Assembly (NCBI GenBank): GCA_018238545.1
Contig: JABCTC010000004.1
Location: 1 to 64,000, forward strand
Reading direction: 5' to 3'
Origin: Candidatus Heimdallarchaeota archaeon
GTDB taxonomy: Archaea; Asgardarchaeota; Heimdallarchaeia; Heimdallarchaeales; Heimdallarchaeaceae
Length of the DNA: 64,000 nucleotides
Shown here: one piece after another, positions 18,871 through 27,557 of the stretch
Numbering within the stretch: position 1 is the first letter of the stretch
How the letters are laid out: the number at the start of each line of letters is the position of its first letter
Position numbers and translations under genes: made by a program
Notes under the pieces: model-generated
What the model was told of the DNA's origin: nothing
The model's input: the letters and a program-made list of their open reading frames with translations, nothing else
The model's database searches: none

Positions 18871-20256
18871 ATGACTCAACAAGAACTTACAAAAGAATTA
18901 CTTCTAGATTTAGCTCATAAAGCTAATGACTATGCTATGTCAAAGGATATTGATGCTTCTGAAGTTTTCTTTCATAAGAGAAGAAAACTCGAGATTATGG
19001 CTGAAGGCAAATCTATAGCTAATGAACGAGATGTGGATGAGTTAGGTTTTGGTATTAGAGTTCTAAAGAACCAAGCAGAAGGTTTCTCTTATACTAATAA
19101 GATTGAACTTGATTCTCTAACTAAATGCGTTGACGACGCTATAGGTATTGCTAAAATAGCTCCGCAAAAAGAAGGAATTAGATTTCCGTCACCTAGCAAA
19201 TATTCTGTAATTGAAGGATTATATTCTAACGAAATAGCTAATTTGGGAACAGAAGAGATAGTAGCTAGCGTTAAACTAGTCTTGGAACCAATCAAACAAG
19301 CTTCTGTCGATATAAACCTCAATCTCAGCAATATTAGAGTTGATGAGGATTGGCAAGGTATCGTTAACAGTCTTGGTATTGATGCTTTTGAGAAATCTAA
19401 TTCTTATTCAGGTGTTTTCTTCTGTGCAGCTAGAGATGGAGAAAAAATTGGCTCTTTTGTTTATGAAACATTTTTTACTAGAGATCCTCGAACGGTTGAT
19501 TATAGTGAATTTACAGATATACTGATTAAGAAAGCTGTACGAAATATAGACCCAATTGTTCCAAAATCCATTGATTCAGACACAGTCATTTTCCAAGAAG
19601 GAGCGATTTTCAACCCATTAATGATTGTAGTTGGAAGCTCAGTAAGTGCAGATAATGTCCAACAAAACAGATCAATGTGGAAAGATAAACTCGCTGATAC
19701 TGTAGCCGTTGATTCCTTAAGTATTGAAGATAATCCACTTAATATTCAAGGAGGAGGAAATGTTAGATCTTTTGATGATGAAGGAACACCTTCTTCAGTT
19801 AATTCAATAATCAAGGATGGAATACTTGAAAACTTTCTATTTGATGAGCTTAGAGCTAGCAGAGTTGGTGCAGTTTCTACAGGTAACTGCTGGAGAAGTT
19901 TTGGAGGAACAAAATATATAAGTCCGCCTTCTATGATCTTTCCAAATGCTCCTTCCATCAAACCAGGCAATATGAGCATAGAGGAGTTAATTGAAGACGT
20001 TAAAGAAGGTATAATCTTTGACCGCTTCTCTGGTTCATTCCAAACTGAAAACGGCATCTACAGTGGTGTAGCAAAAGGTGCTCAACTCATCAAAAACGGT
20101 GAGATAACTACTCCTGTTACAAATGTGACAATTGGCGGAAATGTCTTTGAAACTCTAATGAATATTGTTGGAATTGGAAAAGATGTCCAGCTTGTCGATG
20201 GTTATCTAAGAACACCTCTGATTAAAGTTAAAGGTGTCAACATAGCAACACAATAA
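18871..20256 (+). CDS. pmbA: PmbA/TldE family protein
   Basis: FDDEG, STGN, IKNGE, no HExxH; paired with tldD; ATG at 18871 follows a GGAGG RBS. Confidence 0.88.
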   Translation: MTQQELTKELLLDLAHKANDYAMSKDIDASEVFFHKRRKLEIMAEGKSIANERDVDELGFGIRVLKNQAEGFSYTNKIELDSLTKCVDDAIGIAKIAPQKEGIRFPSPSKYSVIEGLYSNEIANLGTEEIVASVKLVLEPIKQASVDINLNLSNIRVDEDWQGIVNSLGIDAFEKSNSYSGVFFCAARDGEKIGSFVYETFFTRDPRTVDYSEFTDILIKKAVRNIDPIVPKSIDSDTVIFQEGAIFNPLMIVVGSSVSADNVQQNRSMWKDKLADTVAVDSLSIEDNPLNIQGGGNVRSFDDEGTPSSVNSIIKDGILENFLFDELRASRVGAVSTGNCWRSFGGTKYISPPSMIFPNAPSIKPGNMSIEELIEDVKEGIIFDRFSGSFQTENGIYSGVAKGAQLIKNGEITTPVTNVTIGGNVFETLMNIVGIGKDVQLVDGYLRTPLIKVKGVNIATQ

Positions 20257-20350
20257 ATCTTCCTTTTTTCTCTTTTCTTATTTTTATAGTAAAAGAAGTT
20301 TAAAATAACAGTTAAAAATAGAACATTCATACAAGGTTTGTTGCTTATAG

Positions 20351-21565
20351 ATGACTGAAACTCTAATCAATGAAATTTCCAAGGATGATTTAAGGAAACT
20401 TGCTATTGTAGGTACACATCTTCATGAATGGCAAGGTAAGAGTAAACAAGATATTTCAGATGTTTTTAAGCAGCAGGTTATGGTTCAACTTGATCCTTTA
20501 AATCCAGCAGGGCGCAACCATGACATATTTTTCTTTTCAAGAATCAAAAACTATGAGATTGACGATTTTCAAAATGTTGTATATCCAAACAAAGAGGTAT
20601 TCGAAGCTTACTTTCCCAATCTTATGGCAATTACTAAAGAACACTTTTCTCTCTTTTTACCTCAAATGAAAAAGGAATTCATGCACAAATATTATCAATC
20701 TCGTATAGAAAAGATGGAGGAACTGAATGAAGGAATACTGAATGAAGCTAGAGAGTTTATTTTAAAAAATGGACCTTGCAAAGCTGCAGATTTAGGTGAG
20801 ATGGCAAGTGTTAAACCAGAATTCACTTTCTGGAAAACCAGCAATTTGGCTGGAATGTCTCTCGAAATGCTGTGGCTGCTAGGAAAAGCTGTGATTGTTG
20901 AAAGAGATAGTAACTGGAGAAAAATCTATGGGCTTACTGAGAGTTATTTTGATGAAACAACTCATAGTGATATTCAATTAACAGATGATGAAATTAGTTA
21001 TCGTAAATTCCTTGCAAAACAAAAATCTTATCCTTTAATTGATTTAGGTAAAGTTCAACTAACAAAAAGCAAGCGATTATCTATTGGAAAGCGAAAAAGA
21101 GTTTCTATTGATTGGTTTCTGAGAGATGATGAAAACTCGCCAAAAATTGTAACTTTAGAAAATAGTCAAAAAGGTATGGCTGTCCCTGCAAACTGGAAAG
21201 AAATGCTAGAAAGTAAAACAGATAATGAGATGAGAGCTATTGCTCCTTTGGATCCTCTCATTTGGAATAGAGAATTGCTTCTTGGTGTTTTTGATTTTGA
21301 TTATACCTGGGAAGTATACAAAATCCCTAAGGATAGGAAATGGGGTTACTATGTTTATCCACTACTTTATCAAAATCAACTAATTGGTAGATTAGAAGCT
21401 AAATTTGATAAGAAAAAGAAGATAATAAACTATTTTAACTTTCAAAAAGAAGAGAGTTTTGAGTTTGATTCTTCATCAAATAAAGCCTTTTATGATTTAT
21501 TAGAAAGGTGGAAACAGATGTTAGGAGCTGAAAAAACAGCTCTTCATGAGCTTAGTATCAACTAA
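20351..21565 (+). CDS. AlkZ/YcaQ-like (HTH_42) winged-helix DNA glycosylase
   Basis: QLDP (QxD) motif, APLDPLIWNR, FDYTWEVY, RKWGYY. Confidence 0.85.
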   Translation: MTETLINEISKDDLRKLAIVGTHLHEWQGKSKQDISDVFKQQVMVQLDPLNPAGRNHDIFFFSRIKNYEIDDFQNVVYPNKEVFEAYFPNLMAITKEHFSLFLPQMKKEFMHKYYQSRIEKMEELNEGILNEAREFILKNGPCKAADLGEMASVKPEFTFWKTSNLAGMSLEMLWLLGKAVIVERDSNWRKIYGLTESYFDETTHSDIQLTDDEISYRKFLAKQKSYPLIDLGKVQLTKSKRLSIGKRKRVSIDWFLRDDENSPKIVTLENSQKGMAVPANWKEMLESKTDNEMRAIAPLDPLIWNRELLLGVFDFDYTWEVYKIPKDRKWGYYVYPLLYQNQLIGRLEAKFDKKKKIINYFNFQKEESFEFDSSSNKAFYDLLERWKQMLGAEKTALHELSIN

Positions 21566-21814
21566 AGAATAATCGTGTGTTTATTGTCGTTTTTTGATAT
21601 ATTTCTTGATTTTATATATTGAAATCTCTTTTTTCGGAAGAGAACTAGTTCAAAAGTTCTGGAAAAAACTATAAAAATAGTGATAAGAATAATCTATATT
21701 AAGCCCAGAGCCGCTAATTCTTAATAATTTGTGAAAAACAGACTAAATTTGTGTCATATATAAAGTCATGAGAAAGTCTTATGTATACACAAAAGTTAAC
21801 GGATGTAGAAAATA

Positions 21815-21940
21815 ATGAGCAAAAACAAACATATTCATGTTCTAAATACTGTAGAAGAGAATATTTGCTCTATTACAAGTAAAAAAGAACAGAATCAATA
21901 TTCACCCCTCTTAATTTATTTAAGTAGGGTGATTAGGTGA
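21815..21940 (+). CDS. putative 41-aa leader ORF (uORF)
   Basis: ATG at 21815 (MSKNKHIHVLNTVEENICSITSKKEQNQYSPLLIYLSRVIR); its TGA overlaps the GTG start of the next gene (GTGA). Confidence 0.35.
   Translation: MSKNKHIHVLNTVEENICSITSKKEQNQYSPLLIYLSRVIR
21902..21932 (+). promoter_or_regulatory. hairpin occluding the ribosome-binding site of the opine dehydrogenase gene
   Basis: tcacccctcttaa (21902-21914) pairs 11/13 with ttaagtagggtga (21920-21932), which contains the GGGTGA SD-like motif. Confidence 0.4.
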
Positions 21941-23049
21941 ATATAGCAGTTATAGGTGCAGGGTGTGGGGGTCATGCAATTGCAGGTTTTCTTGCAAGTA
22001 AAGGAAACAAGGTAAACTTATACAACAGATCTCCAGAAAGAATACTTCCTTTAGTAAACCAGAAAACAATTGAATTGCAAGGTGAGATTCAAGCAAAAGG
22101 AGATATAAATTTTGTAACAACTGATATTGCTAAAGCAATAGCTGGAACTAAATTAATTATGGTTGTTACCATAGCTACAGGTCATGTTGATGTTGCTAGA
22201 GCATTAGCACCCCATCTTATTGAAGGTCAAACAATTGTTTTGAATCCAGGAAGAACTTTTGGTAGTCTAGAATTCATGAATACCTTATTAGCTGAAGGTT
22301 TAGTTGCAGATGTTAATGTAGCTGAAGCTAACACTTTGATTTATGCTACAAGAACATTAAAACCTGGGTTAAGCAACATAAAAGGAATTAAGAAATCTGT
22401 TTCAGTTTCAGTTTTTCCTTATCATCGCACATCTCAAGTGGTTTCCATGTTAAATAAGAATTATCCTCATTTTTATGCTGTAGACAATTTTATGACAACA
22501 AGTTTAGGAAACATTGGTGCGGTTTTTCATCCAACGATTGCTTTAATGAATAAAGAGAAAATAAAAAGGCAAGAATCATTTGATTTCTATAGAGGGGGGG
22601 CTACTAGAGAAGTAGTTGAATTAATGGAAAAAGTTGACGATGAGAGAAGAAATATCGCAAGAAAATTTGGTGTTGAAGTTCAATCATTAAAAGAATGGTT
22701 ATGTGAAAGATACAGTCTTCAAGAAGATAATCTTTATGATGCTTTGCACAATAATCCATTTTATAGAGGATTACCTGCTCCTGCAACCCTCAATATGAGG
22801 TATTTAACAGAAGACATTCCAACTGGTCTTGTTCCTTTTTCTGAGCTTGGTAAAGCTGTTGGTGTTGAAACTAAGAATATTGACATGTTGATAAATTTCG
22901 CATCAAAAGAATTGAAAGTTGATTTTAGAGAGACAGGGAGGAATCTACAGAGCTTAGGACTTAATCATCTAACTATCTTTGAAGACTTAAGAAGAGTATC
23001 TGAAATCCAAACATTAAGAGAATATAATAAAGAGGATGAAATTAATTGA
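21937..23049 (+). CDS. NAD/NADP-dependent octopine/nopaline (opine) dehydrogenase family protein
   Basis: GAGCGG Rossmann motif, LNPGRT, NIGAVFHP, RYLTEDIPTGL. Confidence 0.92.
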   Translation: MNIAVIGAGCGGHAIAGFLASKGNKVNLYNRSPERILPLVNQKTIELQGEIQAKGDINFVTTDIAKAIAGTKLIMVVTIATGHVDVARALAPHLIEGQTIVLNPGRTFGSLEFMNTLLAEGLVADVNVAEANTLIYATRTLKPGLSNIKGIKKSVSVSVFPYHRTSQVVSMLNKNYPHFYAVDNFMTTSLGNIGAVFHPTIALMNKEKIKRQESFDFYRGGATREVVELMEKVDDERRNIARKFGVEVQSLKEWLCERYSLQEDNLYDALHNNPFYRGLPAPATLNMRYLTEDIPTGLVPFSELGKAVGVETKNIDMLINFASKELKVDFRETGRNLQSLGLNHLTIFEDLRRVSEIQTLREYNKEDEIN

Positions 23050-24575
23050 AAAAAATACTTGGAGCTTGCATTGGAGATTGTGTTCATATTGCTGGAATTC
23101 ATCGTTTTCTGCAATTAGCAGAAAAGCAAGGTTATGAAGCAGTTTTCTTAGGTCCAGCTGTAAGTATTGAACAAATCATCAGTGCTATCAAAAAACATAA
23201 TCCTGACATAGTAGGTTTAAGTTACAGATTAACACCTGAAGTAGGTACTAAAATAATAAAACAAATTAAAGAAAGAGTCTTAGAAGAAGGATTAGAAAAA
23301 AGAGAGTTTGTTTTAGGAGGATTACCAGAGCTAATCCAGAAGGAAAAACAAGAAGGATTTTTCAATATTTATTTTGAAGGAGACGACACAGAAAAAGCAA
23401 TGGCTTATCTTAAAGGAAGTGTGTTTGAAGATGGATACTTAATACCCCCCCAGAATATCCTTGAAAGAATCGATTTTAAAACACCATTTCCTGTACTAAG
23501 ACATCATTTTGGATTACCCTCTTTAGAAGAAACTATTGTTGGTATTAAGAAAATCGCTGAAAGTAAGTGTTTGGATATTGTTTCTTTAGGAACTGATCAA
23601 AATGCACAAGCTCATTTCTTCCATCCTGAAAGAATGAGTCCAGGAAAAGGCGCAGGAGGTGCCCCTGTACGAACAAAAGAAGAATTTGAACTTCTCTATC
23701 ATGCCTCACAAACAGGCAATTATCCTCTTTTAAGAACTTATGCTGGAACAGATGATTTAATCGAACTAGCACAACTTTATGTTGATACAATAAATAACGC
23801 TTGGGCTGCAATTCCTATCTTTTGGTTTAATCAGATAGATGGAAGAGGTCCAATGGACTTGAAATCTTCAATAATGGCTCATCTTGAGGCAATAAAGTGG
23901 CATGCAGAAAGAGATATCCCTGTTGAAATTCTCGAATCACATCATTGGTCTTTACGAGACTCTTCTGATGAAGTGGCTATCGCAGCAGGATTTTTAGGAG
24001 CTATTATTTGCAAAAAATTGGGAGTAAGAACGTTTATTTCTCAATATATGTTTAATACACCACCTCAAACAAACCAGAGAGATGACTTAGCAAAAATGCT
24101 AGCTCAAAAGGAATTGATTGAATCGCTGCAAGATGCAAATTTTTCTGTATATACTCAAACAAGAACGGGACTATTTAGCTATCCAATTGATTTATCTATG
24201 GCTAAAGGGCAACTTGCTCAATCTACAATGCTACAAATGCAACTTAACCCTCAAATCATTCATGTTGTTAGTTATAGCGAAGCAAATCATGCAGCAACTC
24301 CTGAAAATGTTATCGAAAGTTGTAAGATAGCAAAACAAGTAATTATAAAGTGTCTAGAAGGGCAACCCGAAATGATTTGGGATCCATATGTGCTCAAAAG
24401 AAAGCAAGAATTAATGGTAAAAGCAGTAGAAATAATAAATTCAATCAAAGATATTGGATCAGTATTAGATCCTAATGTTCTCTATAAAAGCATAGACATG
24501 GGAATATTGCACGCTTCACAACTTGATTCCTACAAATCAAATGAAGCAAAAATAGAAGAAAATATTCTATACTAA
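23046..24575 (+). CDS. cobalamin-binding protein with C-terminal catalytic (probable TIM-barrel) domain, function unknown
   Basis: B12-binding motif variant DCVHIAG...GLSYRL...LGG; 4-bp overlap with the opine dehydrogenase gene. Confidence 0.8.
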   Translation: MKKILGACIGDCVHIAGIHRFLQLAEKQGYEAVFLGPAVSIEQIISAIKKHNPDIVGLSYRLTPEVGTKIIKQIKERVLEEGLEKREFVLGGLPELIQKEKQEGFFNIYFEGDDTEKAMAYLKGSVFEDGYLIPPQNILERIDFKTPFPVLRHHFGLPSLEETIVGIKKIAESKCLDIVSLGTDQNAQAHFFHPERMSPGKGAGGAPVRTKEEFELLYHASQTGNYPLLRTYAGTDDLIELAQLYVDTINNAWAAIPIFWFNQIDGRGPMDLKSSIMAHLEAIKWHAERDIPVEILESHHWSLRDSSDEVAIAAGFLGAIICKKLGVRTFISQYMFNTPPQTNQRDDLAKMLAQKELIESLQDANFSVYTQTRTGLFSYPIDLSMAKGQLAQSTMLQMQLNPQIIHVVSYSEANHAATPENVIESCKIAKQVIIKCLEGQPEMIWDPYVLKRKQELMVKAVEIINSIKDIGSVLDPNVLYKSIDMGILHASQLDSYKSNEAKIEENILY

Positions 24576-24785
24576 TCTCTAACAATCAATTTTGGTTTCA
24601 AGACGATGAGACAAACACTAAACTTAGATGAATAATTTAATAAAAGACATTGTTAGTTATTTGTTGAATAGAATTTTTTATGATATCGCCGGATAATTTG
24701 ATTAAATAATTAAAGGATTTGCACAATATTCTTTTTCGATAAAACAAAAAAGGCTTTATATAAATGCCGTGAAGAATAGTGTTTA

Positions 24786-26288
24786 ATGCCAATTACTGTG
24801 CTTATAGCAAATCGAGGAGAAATAGCTATACGAATCATTCGATCTTGCCAAATTTTGAACATGAAAACTGTTGCAGTTTTTATAGACAGTGAATCAACAT
24901 CTCAACATGTTAAAATGGCAGATGAAGCATATTCTCTAGGTGATGGCACAGTACAAGAAACTTATTTAAATATTCAAAAAATCATAAAAATTGCTTTACA
25001 ATCTGGAGCAGATGCTATACATCCGGGTTACGGTTTTCTAAGTGAGAGTTCAGAATTTGCTAAAAACATTGAGAAAAGTGGGTTGATTTTCATTGGTCCT
25101 TCTTCCACAATCATAGAGAATCTAGGAGATAAGATAAAAGCTAAGCAATATGCGAAGGAAGTAGGAATTCCAACTATACCTGGTTCTGAAGGATATGTAG
25201 GTTCTCTTGAGGAAGCAGAAGAGGTAGTTTCTGAAATCGGATATCCTATTATTATAAAATCAGCTTTTGGTGGTGGGGGAAAAGGTATGGAGATTGTTAA
25301 TTCCCATGAAGCACTTGAAATAAGTTTGATGGGTTGTCAGACAATATCAGAACAGTTTTTCGGAAGAAAAGAAGTGTTCATTGAACAGTATATAGCTGCC
25401 CCAAGACATATCGAAATTCAGTTCATAGCTGATAACTATGGTAATACCATTCATTTAGGAGACAGAGAGTGTACAATTCAGAGAATGCATCAAAAAGTCA
25501 TAGAAGAAGCTCCTTCTTTCCTTTCAGTGGAACAAAGAGAAGAACTTGGAGAGAAAGTTTGCAAACTAGCAAAAAACATTTCTTATTCTAATGCAGGTAC
25601 TGCTGAATTTCTTTGGAAGCACGGAGATGTTCTTTTTAATGAAATAAATCCTAGGATTCAAGTTGAGCACCCTGTCACAGAAATGATTACAGGGATAGAT
25701 ATAGTAACTCAGCAATTGAGAATTGCTACAGGTGAAAAATTAGCTTATAAACAAGAAGACATAGAATTCCGAGGTCATGCGATTGAATATCGGATTAATG
25801 CTGAAGATCCTTTACGCTCCTTTTATCCTCAGTCTGGAACTATAACAGATCTTCTAATTCCAGGAGGTAATTTTGTACGCTTTGATACGTATGTAACTCC
25901 ATCATCTAAAGTTTCTGACAGATTTGATTCTTTAATTGGTAAGCTTATTGTTTGGGGAGAGAACAGGAAAGAAACCATAGAGCGATCTCAGCTTGCACTT
26001 AAAGAATTATCCATAACAGGACTTATTACAAACATAGGTCTTCACCGTGCAATTTTAGAGACTGAGGAATTTAATTTAAGAGATCTTACAACAGATTTCC
26101 TTGAGAGAAATAACATCCAACTAATTTTATCTAATTATGAAAAAACCAAACTTGCTGCTGCTTATTCTGTTTATGAAAAGCATAAGAAGAAACTTGACTC
26201 TTTCCAAATGCACATCCAACATAAAAAAACAACAAACAATCGATGGAAACAACAGAGCAAACTCGAACAACAAAATAATTATCGTTAG
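24786..26288 (+). CDS. accC: biotin carboxylase subunit of acyl-CoA carboxylase
   Basis: ANRGEIA, HPGYGFLSE, GGGGKGM, RHIEIQ, RIQVEHPVTE, RINAED. Confidence 0.95.
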   Translation: MPITVLIANRGEIAIRIIRSCQILNMKTVAVFIDSESTSQHVKMADEAYSLGDGTVQETYLNIQKIIKIALQSGADAIHPGYGFLSESSEFAKNIEKSGLIFIGPSSTIIENLGDKIKAKQYAKEVGIPTIPGSEGYVGSLEEAEEVVSEIGYPIIIKSAFGGGGKGMEIVNSHEALEISLMGCQTISEQFFGRKEVFIEQYIAAPRHIEIQFIADNYGNTIHLGDRECTIQRMHQKVIEEAPSFLSVEQREELGEKVCKLAKNISYSNAGTAEFLWKHGDVLFNEINPRIQVEHPVTEMITGIDIVTQQLRIATGEKLAYKQEDIEFRGHAIEYRINAEDPLRSFYPQSGTITDLLIPGGNFVRFDTYVTPSSKVSDRFDSLIGKLIVWGENRKETIERSQLALKELSITGLITNIGLHRAILETEEFNLRDLTTDFLERNNIQLILSNYEKTKLAAAYSVYEKHKKKLDSFQMHIQHKKTTNNRWKQQSKLEQQNNYR

Positions 26289-26310
26289 TTAATACTTCTG
26301 AGGAATAATT

Positions 26311-26790
26311 ATGAAGAAGAAAGTTATGTATCGAGGGAGAGAATACATTGTAGAAGCTCTAAGTAATGGTAGAATATCCATCGATGGGGAGATTTATTCA
26401 ACGGAGGTTGTGCATGGTGTGAATAATGTTTACAAGGTTATAGTTGATAGACAACCATTTACAGTAGAAGTAAGAGATGGGGAATTTGTTATTGACGGAG
26501 AAGAGGCAAAAATTGAAGTAAAACCCCATATAAACATTGAAGTTGGAGATGAATTTTTAGAACAGGAAAAGAATAAGAAAATTACCGCACCAATTCCTGG
26601 AAAAATCGTTCAAATACTGGTTAAAGAGAATGATTCTGTGCTAATAAACCAAGAATTAATGATTTTAGAAGCAATGAAAATGAGAAATAGGATTTTCTCT
26701 CCAGTAGACGGAGTTGTTTCCAAAATTTATGTAACTGTAGACACAGCTGTTAAACAAGATCAGAATCTTGTTGATATTGAAGTAAAATAA
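26311..26790 (+). CDS. accB: biotin carboxyl carrier protein
   Basis: APIPG and EAMKM biotinylation motif. Confidence 0.93.
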   Translation: MKKKVMYRGREYIVEALSNGRISIDGEIYSTEVVHGVNNVYKVIVDRQPFTVEVRDGEFVIDGEEAKIEVKPHINIEVGDEFLEQEKNKKITAPIPGKIVQILVKENDSVLINQELMILEAMKMRNRIFSPVDGVVSKIYVTVDTAVKQDQNLVDIEVK

Positions 26791-26792
26791 TA

Positions 26793-27557
26793 TCACAAAT
26801 AAACTTCAAAAAATTGTGAGAAGTATTTCTTCATAATTTCAAAATCTTTTGTTTTTGAAAACTTGTGATTTGCTCCAGGAACGATTTTCATTTCTTTATC
26901 GATTTTCTCAGGAATTTTACCAAATAATTTTTTTATTTTCTCAACTGGAATTATCTCATCTCTATCACCAGTGATTATTCTAACTGGACATTGGAGATAA
27001 AGAGCTTGTTTCATGGGGTTGTAATGTCTAGATTGAAATAGAAAACTGTTCTTTAAGTTAATTCTTGGAAATCGCATCTGTTTACTAGCTCTCCATAATT
27101 GCACTAACCCATCAAAGATTTTCATTCTTGGAATTTCCTCAGTATCATAAACAGGAGAACGAATTGCTAAGCATCTGATTCTATCATCCCTAGAAGTATG
27201 ACACAAAGCCATCGCTCCCCCAAAACTTTCTCCTAACAATCCTATTCTGGAGGGATCGATTCGTGGGTGGTGAACAAGTTTTGAGAGAACAAGATTGATA
27301 TTTTCTTGAGAATAAATATACTCGAATAACCCCGTACTTTGTCTCACTCCAACATAGTCAAAAGCAAAATAAGCATAGTTTTTAGAAGTAAAATAATTGG
27401 CTAATCGAGTTTCTTCTTCTTCTGGTTCAAACCCTGGCATACCGTTCAAATGTAAAACTAAAGGAGCTGGTTTCTTTGTATCTGGAAGAAACAACATCCC
27501 GTTAATTAGCTCTTTTCTGAATTGTATTTGAATAAACTCTTTTGACATATATTTCAC
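26793..27557 (-). CDS. alpha/beta hydrolase, candidate chain-release thioesterase
   Basis: GESFG nucleophile elbow, GDRDE, GANH; GTG start overlaps the megasynthase TGA (an ATG at 27548 is an alternative start). Confidence 0.85.
   Translation of the reverse strand: MKYMSKEFIQIQFRKELINGMLFLPDTKKPAPLVLHLNGMPGFEPEEEETRLANYFTSKNYAYFAFDYVGVRQSTGLFEYIYSQENINLVLSKLVHHPRIDPSRIGLLGESFGGAMALCHTSRDDRIRCLAIRSPVYDTEEIPRMKIFDGLVQLWRASKQMRFPRINLKNSFLFQSRHYNPMKQALYLQCPVRIITGDRDEIIPVEKIKKLFGKIPEKIDKEMKIVPGANHKFSKTKDFEIMKKYFSQFFEVYL

Noticed and set aside
21566-21936. Possible cobalamin riboswitch upstream of the B12 enzyme operon
   Set aside because: No recognisable B12-box core; region is very AT-rich
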